Notes under the pieces: generated by a model
Databases searched by the model: none
Seen by the model: the letters and a program-made list of their open reading frames with translations, nothing else
Told to the model about the DNA's origin: nothing
Origin: Malacoraja senta
Lineage: Eukaryota
DNA: 64,000 nt
Reading direction: 5' to 3'
Assembly (NCBI GenBank): GCA_038087875.1
Contig: CM075988.1
Coordinates: forward strand, 19,096,001 to 19,160,000
Translations under genes and position numbers: made by a program
In this document: one piece after another, positions 37,801 through 50,239 of the stretch
Position numbering within the stretch: position 1 is the first letter of the stretch
How the letters are laid out: every line of letters starts with the position of its first letter

Positions 37801-38197
37801 CCCAACTATATCATAATCATTAATAGCTATCTGCACATTCAACTCATCCACCTTATTACGAATGCTCCTTGCATTGAGACACAAAGCCTTCAGGCTCAGA
37901 TTCCTATTAAATCTTTCCCCCCTTCACCTTAAACCTATGTCCTCTGGTCCTCGATTCTCCTACTGTGGGCAAGTGACTCTGTGCATCTACCCAATCCCTT
38001 TCTCTCAAGATTTTATACACCTCAATAAGATCACCCCTCATCCTCCTGCGCTCAAAGGAATCGAGACCCAGCCTACTCAACCTCTCCCTATAGCTCAGAC
38101 CCTCTAGCCCTGGCAACATTCTTGTCAATCTTCTCTGTACCGTTTCCAGCTTGCCAGCATCTTTCCTATGACATGGTGCCCAGAACTGAACACAATG
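34846..38197 (-). mobile_element. Older CR1 (HER1-like) 3' fragment split by the 2.9-kb CR1 insertion
   Basis: gtgtgaaaaagttac (35035) continues as ctcagattcctattaaatc (37895), compare 26528-26560. ORF 37907-38218. Confidence 0.85.
35035..37895 (-). pseudogene. CR1 LINE with nearly complete, frameshifted ORF2 (APE endonuclease plus reverse transcriptase)
   Basis: Colinear ORF pieces: CLNARSIRNK...GITETWL, VVYRPP...GDFN...SDHN, NYRPVSLTS...YLDFQK, SGVPLGSVLGP...KFADD. (TTTCTATG)n tail. Confidence 0.97.
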
Positions 38198-38659
38198 CCC
38201 TGGGTTGGAGAGGAACACAGCTAATAGATGGGGGGCTGGTGGGACTGGAGTAGGAGATGTGCTGAACAGATTGAGCAGGGGAATTGGAGTGTCAGGGGGA
38301 CTGGAGATTGCGGCAGGTTGGAGGAATATCTTAAAGTTGGGGTGGGTCCAGAGATGGTACCCCCTCAGGCCTCAGGGGTTAACACTCTAGTTTTAAGCCA
38401 ATACCAAAATTCCCTAAAATGCCAACCAATGGATTCCGTGGGACAATATGGTCCCAAGTTCGTGTGTGGTGATGAGGCAGATATTTGTCCAGAGTAGGTG
38501 GCTGATTGAATCTGGACTGATGAGGAATGACCAGGAAGAAATCATCATATTTCATTTCAGGGGGGAATAAATCCTCAATTTTCAGAACACCAAAAAATAA
38601 TAATATCATGTAATCTAATTCCAAGACATTGAGTTATTTTATTTAACAGTATAACCATC

Positions 38660-39120
38660 AACATATGGTAAAATGTGATGCAGATGCACCATAGATAGCA
38701 TCCTATCCGGATGCATCAGAGCTTGGTTTGGTAATTGCTCTGCCCAAGACTGCAAGAATGATGAACACAACCCAATGCATCATGCAAACCAGCCTCCCAT
38801 ATTAACCCCATCTATACTTCACATTGCCTTTATAAAGAAGCCAACATAGTCAAGGACCTCTCACACTCTGGTCATTCCTCCATCTTCCTTCTCCCATCAT
38901 GCAGAAGACACAAAGATTTGAATGCACCTGCCACCAGATTCAAGTAAAACTGTCATCAGACTACTGAACGGTCAGCTCACAAGCTGAAGATGGATTCCTG
39001 ATCTGCCAACCTACCTCATTGAGGCCCTGGTACTTTTTTAACTGCACTTTCTCTTAACAAAATATTCTGCTGATTTGTGTTTTGTATTTTCCCTTTTAAC
39101 ACTGCCTGATATAATCATGT
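38660..39120 (+). mobile_element. Degenerate Rex1/Babar-like fragment
   Basis: SILSGCIRAWFGNCSAQD...NIVKDLSHSGHS remnants. Confidence 0.7.
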
Positions 39121-39734
39121 ATCAGGCTGATCTCGTAGAGGTGTATAAAATCATGAGGGGAAGTGATAGGCAAATGAACAGAGTTTTTTTTACCCAGAGC
39201 AGGGGAATCAAGAACCAGAGGCCATAGGTTTAAGGTGAGAGGGGGAAGATTTAATAGGATCTGAGGGGCAACTTTTTCACCCAGTTCTTGGTGGGTATAT
39301 TTAACAAGCGGAGGAGATAATTGTGATATGTATCATAACAGCATTAAAAGTCACTTGGACCAGTATATGGACAGGAACAGTTTAGAGGGAAATTGGACAA
39401 ACACAGACAAATGGAATACGCGTAGATAGGACATCTTGGTTGGCATGGACGAGTTGGAATGATGGGCCTGTGTCTGCACTGTATAACTCTATTTGCTGAG
39501 AGCACACAACACCAAGTTTCTCCTGTATCTCGGTACATATGACAATAATAAACCACAGATGCTTGACGCAAGCATTCACCGAGAAAAAGCAATCAAAGAA
39601 CATGCAGGTTCAACGCAAGGGAAAGAAACTCAAACGTAACGTCTCGCTTATTCCATTCAAGTTGAGACTCTGTGGAACATGTTTTTTTCTTTATGAAACT
39701 GAGATAATTAAACCTTTTCAGAAGTTCCAGCAGT

Positions 39735-42700
39735 CCCACATAGGAGATTAGTGAGCAAAATTAGGGCACATGGTATTGGGGGGTAGAGTGCTGACATGGA
39801 TAGAAAATTGGTTGGAAGACAGGAAACAAAGAGTAGGGATTAACGGGGCCCTTTCAGAAAGGCAGGCAGTGACTGGTGGGGTACCGCAAGGCTCGGTGCT
39901 GGGACCGCAGCGATTTACAATATACATCAATGATTTAGATGAAAGGATTCAAAGTAACATTAGCAAATTTGCAGATGACACAAAGCTGGGTGCCCGTGTG
40001 AACAGTGAGGAGGATGCTATGAGAATGCAGAGTGATTTGGACAGGTTGGATGAGTGGGCAGATGCATGGCAGATGCAGTTTAATGTGGATAAATGTGAGG
40101 TTGCCACTTTGGTAGCAAAAACAGGAAGGCAGATTATTATCTAAATGGTTGGGAAAAGGGGATGTACAACGGGATCTGGGGGTCCTTGTTCATCAATCAA
40201 TGAAAGTAAGCATGCAGGTACAGCAGGCAGTGAAGAAAGCGAATGGCATGTTGGCCTTCATAACAAGAGGAGTTGAGTAAAGGAGCAAAAAGGTCCTTCT
40301 GCAGTTATATAGGGCCCTAGTGAGACTACACCTGGAGTATTGTGTGCAGTTTTGGTCCCCTAATTTGAGGAAGGACATTCTTGCTATTGAGGGAGTGCAG
40401 CGTAGGTTTACAAGGTTAATTCCCGGGATGGCAGGACTGTCATATGCTGAGAGAATGGAGCGGCTGGGCTTGTATACTGGAGTTTAGATGGACGATATGG
40501 GATCTTATTAAAACATATAAGATTATTAAGGGTTTGGACCACCTAGAGGCAGGAAACATGTTCCCGATGTTGGGGGAGTCCAGAACCAGGGGCCACAGTT
40601 TAAGAATAAGGGGTAAGCCATTTAGAATGGAGACGAGGAAACACTTCTTCACACAGAGAGTTGTGTGTCTGTGGAATTCTCTGCCTCAGAGGGCGGTGGA
40701 GGCCGGTTCTCTGGATACTTTCAAGAGAGAGCTCGATAGGGGTCTTAAAGGGGTCTTAAAGATAGCAGAGTCAGGGTATATGGGGAGAAGGCAGGAACGG
40801 GGTACTAATTGGGGATGATCAGCCATGATCACATTGAATAGCGGTGCTCCCCCTACTTAATAAACTGAATACATTAATTAAATTCTGGAAAACGCTTCCG
40901 ATGTCTTTAATAGGCCGAATAAACGCAATAAAAATGATCTTTTTACCACAAATTTTATACCTATTTCAATCAATTCCTATATACTTACCTAAGAAGTTTT
41001 TTAAACAACTCGACTCAGATATCACTAATTTTATATGGGACTATAAATCACATAGAATACAAAAAACCCATCTGAATAAATCTAAAGTATTGGGGGGTCT
41101 AGCACTACCCAATTTTATGTATTATTATTGGTCAGTAAATATTAAAAACATGATTCAACTGATGGATAACTCCGCCCAGCAAGTAGACTGGATTGTAATG
41201 GAGAAAGAGGATTGCTCCTCTAGAAACATTGGAGCGATCCTCCTCTCTCCAATGAAATTGAATAACATAAACTATAATAAGAACCCAATTATTCATAGTA
41301 CAATCCGTATTTGGAAACAAATAAAACAAAATTTAAATTAAGAAACTTATCACTTTTATTACCTATAGTCAATAACCCTTCGTTTAGTCCTTCTATTATA
41401 GATAAAGCTTATACACAATGGGATAGACTAGGAATTAAAACGCTTGGTGACTTGTATGAAACTGGAAAATTACTTTCATTTCAACAATTACAAATAAAAT
41501 ATAAACTCGGAAATAATCAATATTTTAAATACTTTCAAATATGCGACTATTTGAAAAAATATATAAAAGATCATCATAATAACCCAGTAGATGTATTGGA
41601 CGAGGCAATGCAGATAAAAGCGGAATCAGCAAACTTAATATCATATTTGTACAATATTATCTTAAATGTACAAATACCATCTACGGAGGGTATCAGAAGA
41701 GACTGGGAACAAGAGTTAGCTATTGAAATTTCAAAGGAAAGTTGGAATGAATACTTATTAAAAGTACATAAATGCTCGATTAATGTAAGACACACTTTAA
41801 TACAATTTAAAATTTTACATAGATTATATTATTCGAAAACTAAAATTCATAAAATTTTCCCAAATGTATCATCTATTTGTGATAAATGTCAATCCCAAGA
41901 AGCTACTATAGCGCACTCATTTGTCTTCTGTACAAAAATTCAAAATTTTGGAATGAAATTTTTGAAATCTTTACAAAGTTATTTAAAACAAGACTGATAC
42001 CCAAAGCAGAATGGATTATCTTCGGAATAACGGAAGATGATCCAGAACTAAATGTGTTTCAAAAGAAATTAATGGATTATGGGTTAATAACTGGAAAAAA
42101 GCTAATTCTAAAATTTTGGAAGAAGGCTCCAATACCAACTATAAATATGTGGATTTCAAATATGTTTGAAACACTACACCTTGAAGAGATAAGACTCCTC
42201 CTAGCAGGTAAACCAGATCACTTCCACCTGACGTGGTCTGCATTTATAGAATTATTACAAACATAGGGTGCAAAAGTACTTTAAAAAAATAAAAAATTGA
42301 GGTCGGGTAAGGGGGGGATGATAGTTGAAGAGTTGGTATGTCCTATTTAAGTGATGCTCAAAAAAAAACATTTGTTTTTCTTTTTTTCTCTCTCTCTTTT
42401 CTTTTCTTAGGGCCTATTTCTTACTCTTTTTCTTTTTGTTTTTAATTTCGCTCTCATAGGGTCTTCGTCCTTTTTTGTTGTTACATTTTCTACACTTTTC
42501 TACACTTGCACTTTTTCCTTCACTTTCTTCTCTCTTTCAATCTTTTCTTTCTTTAGTGTAAAAAAATAAATAAAGGGAGTACATTAATTGTAAGAAGATA
42601 TAAATGACGAGTATTAATGTATGTGGCTGTGATGTAATGTACTTCTAATAAATAAAAATTAAAAAAAAAAAAAAAAGGGCTCAAAGGGCCGAATGGCCTA

Positions 42701-42739
42701 CTCCTGCACCTATTGTCTATTGTCTATTGTCTATTGTCT
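39735..42739 (+). mobile_element. CR1 LINE (RT C-half, degraded), (TTGTCTA)n tail, split in its 3' UTR by an L1
   Basis: GGVPQGSVLGP...KFADD...WNSLPQ. The tail continues at 42677 as ggctcaaagggccgaatggcc. Confidence 0.95.
40849..42676 (+). pseudogene. 5'-truncated L1 LINE: ORF2 C-terminal domain (2 frameshifts), 3' UTR and poly(A)
   Basis: WKTLPMSLIGRINAIKMIFLPQILYLFQSIP...GGLALPN, zinc-knuckle CDKC..HSFVFC, AATAAA and A-tail. Confidence 0.95.
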
Positions 42740-43767
42740 TAATGGAACATTCCATATGTAAGGTCTTTGCATTGTAAATGTATCAAAATGAACAAAACAA
42801 TGTAGTTGAATGGTTTCATGTACAATGTGTTGTTTTTCCTTTAGTTACATAATGCTGTAGTATATGAACCAGTTCGGCCACAATGGAGAGAGTGTGTGTC
42901 ATTGTGTACAACAACTAATCCATTCCATGCTGCAAAGTGCAATTTTACCTGAAGAGTAGATACAAATTGAAAATGCAAAACTGTTTTCTATCTATGCCCA
43001 TTAAATCATTCCTATTGACTAAATACCTGCGACACAAGATGTTCCATTAAATTACATTTTATACCTAGAGAAGTGATTTTACTATGCTTTCCCCTCCGGA
43101 GCATGCACAATGCACGCTTCCTGTTCAACGTGTTGCAGAGCATACATGAAAGCATTCAGGTTTCTGAAATGATTGGAGGTTTTAGAATGTCTTTCTTTGT
43201 GCTGGTAACAGTGGGAAAGAAACCATTTGGAAGAATACCGAGGTTATGCATTCACGGTGCGAAGATGTAATGAAAAATTCAACGCATTAGTTGTTTGGAT
43301 ACGCTGCGGAGTCACAGAGAGAGAGAGCAGAGAAATAAGATGGGTGTCCAATGTATCGTGACAAAAATAATCGGTGAACAATTGGACGCTTTACTTATTT
43401 AGGTGTGGTGTTTGGTCATTACTGGCAATGCCCGATACTTATTGAAAATAAATAACATTGTGGCAGCAGGAACTGAGATGTTAAGTGCTTCTATCAAATC
43501 TTTACCATTCACAGGAGAATAACATATTCCATGTCAACGCACATTTGGAAGAGAATGGACTAATTAGGGACAGTCAACATGACTGTGTACACCCATCCAT
43601 TTTCTCCAGAGATGCCGCCTGACCCACTGAGTTACTCCAGCACCTTGTGTCTATCTTTGGCAATGGAAACAGCAGGTGATGTCAGACAAACGTCAGAACA
43701 TTTTTTGAGGAGGTGATGAAGGTAATTGCTGAGGATGTAAAGTAGTGGATGTTGACTGTATGGACTA

Positions 43768-43974
43768 GACAAAAATGCTGGAGAAACTCAGCGGGTGCGA
43801 CAACATCTATGGAGCAAAGGAAATAGGCAACGTTTCGGGCCAAAACCCTTCTTCAGACCGACGCCCGAAACGTTGCCTATTTCCTTCGCTCCGTAGATGC
43901 TGCCGCACCCGCTGAGTTTCTCCAGGATTTTTGTCTACCTTCGATTTTCCAGCAACTGCAGTTCCTTCTTGAAC
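43768..43974 (+). mobile_element. Palindromic Penelope-derived insert with 16-bp TSD, inside an old CR1 RT fragment
   Basis: ttgact(g/a)tatggacta at 43752-43767 and 43975-43990. Inverted arms. Confidence 0.9.
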
Positions 43975-44234
43975 TTGACTATATGGACTATATGGGTATG
44001 CTGATCCAGAAGATTAGGATGCGTGGGATACTCAGGAACTTGGTTCTTTTGATTCAGAACTGACTTTCGCGTAAAAGACCAAAGTTCGAAGGGTGTTCCT
44101 CTGACTGCTGGACTGTGACCATTCATGTCCCACGGGAGTCGATGCTGGGACGTCTATTAAATGACCTAGACACAAATATAGTTTTTTAATTGAATTCTCC
44201 AATTTGAATCTACGAGCACAAACCTGTATCCACA

Positions 44235-44460
44235 TCACTTGTTTGGCTTTGTCCTACCTCCACCACTCTCCAAGCTTTCTACCCCCCTCCCCCCTCCCCC
44301 CACCCTCGTCCCCCGTCCCCCACTACAATTAGTCTGAAGAAGGGTCCCAACCTGAAACATTACCTATCAATGTTCTCCAGAGAGGCTGCCTGATCCGCTG
44401 AGTTACTCCGGCACTTTGCGTCTTTTTCGTTAAGCAGCATCTGCAATTCTTTGTGTCTAC
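44235..44460 (+). mobile_element. Penelope-derived pseudo-LTR fragment
   Basis: agtCTGAAGAagggtcccaacctGAAA followed by the family 3' end. Confidence 0.75.
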
Positions 44461-44722
44461 ACTAGGATCTCATTTAGTCTAAAATGTAGCTTGGATGTAG
44501 TTTGGATTAGCTGTAGGAGAGATTAAACAGACCTGGATTGGTTTCTCTGAAGTATCAAAGGTAGAGGGGAGACCTATAGGTTTATAAAACCACGTGCGCC
44601 GTAGGTCGGGTAGACAGTCAGAACCTTTTCTCCAGTTTGGAAACGCCAAAACTAAAGGGCATAACTTTAAGGTCACAAGGGGAAATTTTAAGGTGATGTG
44701 CAGTGCAAGATTTTTACACAGA

Positions 44723-44813
44723 GATGATCAGCCATGATCACGTTGAATTGAGGTGCTGGCTCGAAGGGCCGAATGGCCTACTCCTGCACCTATTGTCTAT
44801 TGTCTATTGTCTA
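44723..44813 (+). mobile_element. CR1 tail-only insertion within an older CR1 (about 44470-45010)
   Basis: gatgatcagcc...ggccgaatggcc...(ttgtcta)3. Confidence 0.85.
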
Positions 44814-45404
44814 ATGGCTGGGGCTTGGAAAATCCTGCTAGGGGCGGTGGTGGAAGCAGATACAATAATGGCATTTAGGAAATGTTAAGATAGGCATATG
44901 GATATGCAGACTGGAGGGATATAGATCACATGTAGGCAGAAGGGATTAATTTAATTTGCATCAAGTTTAACACAGAAATTGTGGGCCTGTTCCTGTACCG
45001 CTTATTGTTCTACATATGATCTCTCACTGTTGGAACCATTCAAGTCCATCTGTTCACTTTACAAAATCTCTACCTTCATTTTTACTGTGGAATACTACAT
45101 TTGCCCAGCGGTTTAGCACTGTTCAAATCGCCATATGTCAGCTGGAGAAGATAAATTCAAGTAATTATATCAATCCAGAATTGAAAAACTATCTCAGTAA
45201 TGTAACCATAAAAGTACTATGCTGTCATTAAGAAGTCCATCTGGTTCACTAATGTCCATTTGGAAGGAAATCCAGTCAAGCCTGTGTTTTATACCAGATG
45301 TACGTACCAATGTGTTTATCTGCTTCCTTGGATAATGGGTGGATAAGAGATGTTGGGAATGTCTGTGTAAATAGATTAAATATAACTAAATATTCGGGGT
45401 AGGG

Positions 45405-45690
45405 TTGCTGCCTTTCAGCGCCAGAAACCCGGGTTCAATCCTGACTATGGTTGCTGTCTGTATGGAGTTTGTACATTCTCCATGTGACTAGCGTAGGTTT
45501 TCTCCGGAAGTTCTGGTTTACTCCCACACTACAAAGATGTACAGGTTTGTAGGTTAATTGGCTTTGGTAAGAATTGTAAATTGTCCCTTCTATGTGTAGG
45601 ATAGTGTTAGTGTGCAGGTATTGCTGGTCGGTGTGGGCTTATTGGGCTGAAGGGCCTGTTTCCGTGCTGTATCTCTAAACTAAACTAAAC
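45405..45690 (+). mobile_element. V-SINE
   Basis: B-box, V-domain and (TAAAC)n tail. Confidence 0.9.
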
Positions 45691-46254
45691 TCCAGAATGG
45701 CCTGAACTAGCTTATTTTCCAACATCTGATTTTGTAGGGAAGTTGGCCCCATCTCTGACTGCCCTGGAATTGAGATCTTGAAAGAGTTGACAACATTGCA
45801 GGGTCTGTGATCAGATATTGGTCAGGGGCTGGGTTGGGGCAGGACATGCAAGGAACTACAGATGCTGGAATCCCAAGCAAAACACAAAGTGCTGGAGAAC
45901 TTAATGGGTCAGGAGGCATCTCTGGAGGGAATGGACAGACGACGTTTCGGATCCTTCAATCAGTCTTGAGAAGGGTCCTGACCCAAAACGCCATCTGTCC
46001 ATTCCCTTCCCAAGATGCTGCCTGACCCACTGAGTTTCTCTCGTTCCTGACTTCTTGTGCTTTAGGCAGAGACAGTTCGCTTCCTTCTGGCAAAAAAACC
46101 CTGCGTGTTTTGTGACAGCCCAATAGTCTGATGATTGGCATTCCTAAATTGTGCCATTTAATATAATTCAGATGATGAACTGAATTTACAGCAGGTGTGT
46201 TTTGAACTCCCATTTCTGTTAGTTCAATCTCCAGATCACCTAGCTATAGCAAAA

Positions 46255-47022
46255 TATCATTAAATTGGCGAGGATGCAGAAGAGATTCACCAGGATGTTA
46301 CCTGGGCTTGTGGGCTTGAGTTATGGGGAGAGGTTGGATAGGCTAGGATTTTTTTCTTTGGGGTGTAGGAGGCTGAGGGGTGACCTTATTGAAGTGTACA
46401 AGGTCAGGAGGGGCAAGGATAAAGTGGACGCTCACTGTCTTTTTCCCATTGTAGGGGATTCTAGAGGGCATCGGCTTCGGAAGAAGGGAAAGATTTATCA
46501 GGAGCTAATTTTTCACTCAGTCCATTTCCAGGATGAGCTGCCATAGGAAATACAGAAGTGTGTTTGAATACAACTTTTAGTTTAGTTTAGTTTAGAGATG
46601 CAGCATGGAAACAGGCCCTTTGGCCCGCTGAATCCGCGCCGACCATTGATCACCCGTTCGCAAGTTCTATCCTGCACATTAGGGACAATTTACAGAAGCC
46701 AATTAACCTACAGACCTGCATGTCTTTGAAAGGTGGGAGAAAACCAGAGCACCCAGAGAAAGCCCACGTGGTCACAGGGAGAAGGTACTGTACAGACAGC
46801 ACCCGTAGTCATGATCAAACCCGGGTCTTTGGCGCTGTGAGGCAGCAACTCTCCCAATACACCACTGTGCCTTTCACAGGGATATTTGGACAGTTATGTG
46901 GACAGGAAGGGTTTAGAGGGCAAATACAAGCAAATGGGTCAAGACCAATAATGGTAACTTGGTCAGTTTGGACAAGGTGGGCCGAAGGGCCTGTTGCCAA
47001 GCTGTACAGCTCTATGCCTATG
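46255..47022 (+). mobile_element. Old CR1 3' fragment with nested V-SINE (46577-46871, -)
   Basis: ORF 46265-46546 RMQKRFTRMLPGL...RLRGDLIEVYK. Confidence 0.8.
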
Positions 47023-47932
47023 ACTCTGGAATCCTCGCCCTAGAATTTAGTCACCGTACGCAAATAATGTTGCACCTATCGTAACAGCAACCATTTCCAC
47101 CCTCCTTTTATACACCCGCTTTATCTTCATATCATTTAGCGTGCACGGTCTCTGCTTATTCATTTTTCCGGCAGTACATCACCTGCGGTTCCAGCTCCTA
47201 GTTAACGCGCGTCGCCCTGCTTGAAGAAGGCTTGTTGCAAACACAGGGTGAATCAGGCTCAGCTGTCACATCCTGCACAGGTCAGAAAGCATGGCAATTT
47301 CTGCTGCAATATCTCTTACACTGACAGAAACACGTTGGCACGGGTCACATCCAACGGATTAATGACTTCAGAGAGTGCGCGCTTTAATTGGCAAATGTAA
47401 TAATTGTGCCGATTACAGTGCTCTCCTAAAAGAAGTCAAGTTACAATGGGTGAAATTGCTAGGGTTACTAACAATATTACAGCATGGACGGTCTTCATTA
47501 ATCAGCGTTCTTTATTCATATCTAGGTTGTGAACATAACTGGCAAAATCAATTATTCCTGTCGCTGATTAATGTTCAGAAAGTGGCAGTGAGCCACTTAT
47601 GCAGTGAAGATGTTCCCACAGCAAAGGACATTGGTGAGAATATTGGTTCATTGTTGGCATGTGTACCACGATACAGAGCAAACCTTTGTTTGTGTGCTAT
47701 CCGGTCAAATCACACTGTACCCAAGTACATTCAAGTCATCCACACACACACAACAGGTGATGCAAAGAGGAAAAAGCCAGAGAAGAATATTGTGTTACAG
47801 CATTTTAGTGTTACTGTTAGATTGGTTTAGGTTAGTTTAGTTCAGTTTATTGTCATGTACGCCAAGGTACAAAGAAAAGCGTTTTTGGTGCGTGCTATCC
47901 TGTCAGCAGAAAGACTGTACGCGATTGCAATC

Positions 47933-48221
47933 GCACGATGGGGCAGCAGTAGAATTGCTGCCTTACAGCGCAAGTTCGATCCTGACTACGGGTGCTGTCT
48001 GTACGGAGTTTGTACATTCCCCTTCACCACGTGGCTTTTCTCCGGGTGCTCCGGTTTCCTCCCACTCTCCAAAGACTTGCAGGTTTGTAGGTTAATTGGC
48101 TTCTGTAAACTTGTAAATACTTCCAAGTGTGCATGAAAGTGCTAGCGGATGGTGTGATCGCTAGTCGGCGAGGATTCGGTGGGCTAAAGGGCCTGTTTCC
48201 GCGCTGTATCTCAAGTCAAGT
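47933..48221 (+). mobile_element. V-SINE
   Basis: Head with deletion, V-domain and tail. Confidence 0.85.
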
Positions 48222-48637
48222 CTAAGACTTGTTTCTGTGCTGGTATGACTCTACTTTCTTCTCCTCCATAGGTGCAGCACGACCCACTGATTTCCTTTGC
48301 ATTTTGTTTTTTTGCCCATGTTTGCCTTTTGTGTTTAACCCTACCCTCCACTCACCTTGTCATCTGGGGCTTCTATTTGGGGCAATTCCTTTTCCTTTGT
48401 GGGTGCAAGTTTATCCAAACCCCAGTAAGAACATAGATCATGGAACTGTACAGCACAAGCCTTTCAACTAATGAAGTCTGTGCCGAACATGATGCCAAGT
48501 TAAACTAATCTCCTTTGCCTGCAGGTAATCCTCATCATTTCCTCTAGAAATCTCTAGATCAGCTATGATGGAGTGTGGGAGCATTGAGAATGGTCATTGG
48601 CAGCTGGTATGTGCCAGCACAGTCTGGCCAATAATTC

Positions 48638-48908
48638 TTAGTTCAGTTTTAGTTTAGAGATACAGCGCCGAAACAGGCCTTTAGGCCCACTGAGTCCACA
48701 CCAACCAGCGATTAACCAATCAACCTGCAAAACTGTACATCGTTGGAGACTGAGTGGAAACCGAAGATCTCGGAGAAAACCCACGCGGTCACGGGGAGAA
48801 CGTACAAACTCCGTACAATCAGCACCCGTAGTCGGGATCGAATCCGGGTCTCCGGCGCTGCAAGCGTTATGAGGCAGCAACTCTACCACTGCGCCACCGT
48901 GCCGCCCT
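48638..48908 (-). mobile_element. V-SINE with 9-nt anticodon-arm insertion
   Basis: Reverse-complement head gggcggcacggtggcgcagtggtagag. Confidence 0.9.
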
Positions 48909-50064
48909 AGGTTAGAGGTTGAATTGAAGGTTAGAGACACAAGAAACTGCATTGGCTGGGATCTTGAGCGAAAATGCGAAGTGCAAGAGTAACTCAGTGG
49001 GCCAGGCAGCATCTGTGCAGGGAATGAAAAGCTGGTTGTGTTTGAATAGTTGATGGGATTTGGCTTTCTCGGGATCTCGTCATCCCACCGTTACCCAGGC
49101 AACGTCACACGGTGCCATGCAGCCCCTGGGCCTACTGAGCTGTTGAAGTCACCAGTGCCAAAGTCTACAGCTCCCACACTGCCTTTATCATCCATTTCAG
49201 AACCCTCAGCTAATCATCATTGATCCTGAGGGATTTCCTAAGATAGCAATGTAACACAGATTTAATTAAATAGGTTTGCTACTCAATGAAATGTAAATAG
49301 CATTCAACAATAATGTACAGTACATGGTGGGCAAGTCCTCGTATGTCATCACAGTACCAGTTACCTTTCTGTCTAGAATGCACATTCTAACAAGGGTTTA
49401 ATTATACAAAAATGTTCATGTGCTTGCATAATTGTTGTTAATTAGTTCCTAATTATCTGCTTTCCATAAATAACCAGTTTTTAATGAGTTGCAGCCATTC
49501 CTGTAAATGCCAACGATTACATGAAAGGCAGGGCAATATATTAAAAATCTGCGATACTTATAACCTCTTATTAAAATGTGCGAAGGATCAAACACAGTTA
49601 AATAATCGTTTACTTTGCCTCTGTGCTTTTAGACCAAGCGAAATTCCAATCAGATGTTTACCCACCTGACTTTGTCGAGTGTTTCATTAACCGAGGCAGT
49701 CAGTTATACACCTCTCCTTGAACTCTCCCAATTCCATGCATTCATTCCAAACATAATTCTCTGTGAACAATGCACTTGTTTTTATTTGTTTAAAGTACAG
49801 CTCCTTCTTATTTAGAATCGTAGGTGATCGACAGCAACAAAATTACTTTTGTTGCGAGGTTTATTGGTGTGTAAAATTGGCTGCTGACTAAAATTAAAGG
49901 ACAAAGGGGCTCAGTGGAGCAAGGAGGGTGAATTCAGTTTGGTTTATTGTCACATGTACCGAGGTACAGTGAAAAGCTTTTGTTGCCTGTTAACCAGTCA
50001 GCGGAAAGACAATGCATGATTACAATCGAGCCACCGGAGTAGAGGTGTGCTGTCGGAGTCGAGG

Positions 50065-50239
50065 TCTTCTTCTTATCGAGTCCACACACAAGATTAGAAG
50101 TTGTTCAGCTAGAGCTGAACACACTTCTCGGCATCTGCATACAATGGTGTCCATCTTGCGCCTCTTGTGCTTCTTGTGCGTGGTGGTGGAAAGATTGGTG
50201 GAAACAGGGCCGCGAGGTGAACGCTCTTTCCTTGACCCC
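50065..50239 (-). mobile_element. 175-bp non-autonomous retroelement (ingi/Vingi-like SINE) with (AAG)n tail
   Basis: Minus strand starts GGGGTCAAGGAAAGAGC and ends gataagaagaaga. Imperfect TSD ggagt(c/a)gag(g/a) at 50055-50064 and 50240-50249. Confidence 0.7.
50188..50239 (-). ncRNA. Predicted minimal (P4-less) HDV-like ribozyme
   Basis: P1 GGGGUC/GGCCCU, P2 GGAAAGA/UCUUUCC, P3 GCG/CGC, L3 UUCACCU, J4/2 CCAA. Confidence 0.7.

Noticed and set aside
47375-47830. 151-aa ORF
   Set aside because: It runs from unique sequence into a Rex-type UTR fragment and has no domain signal.
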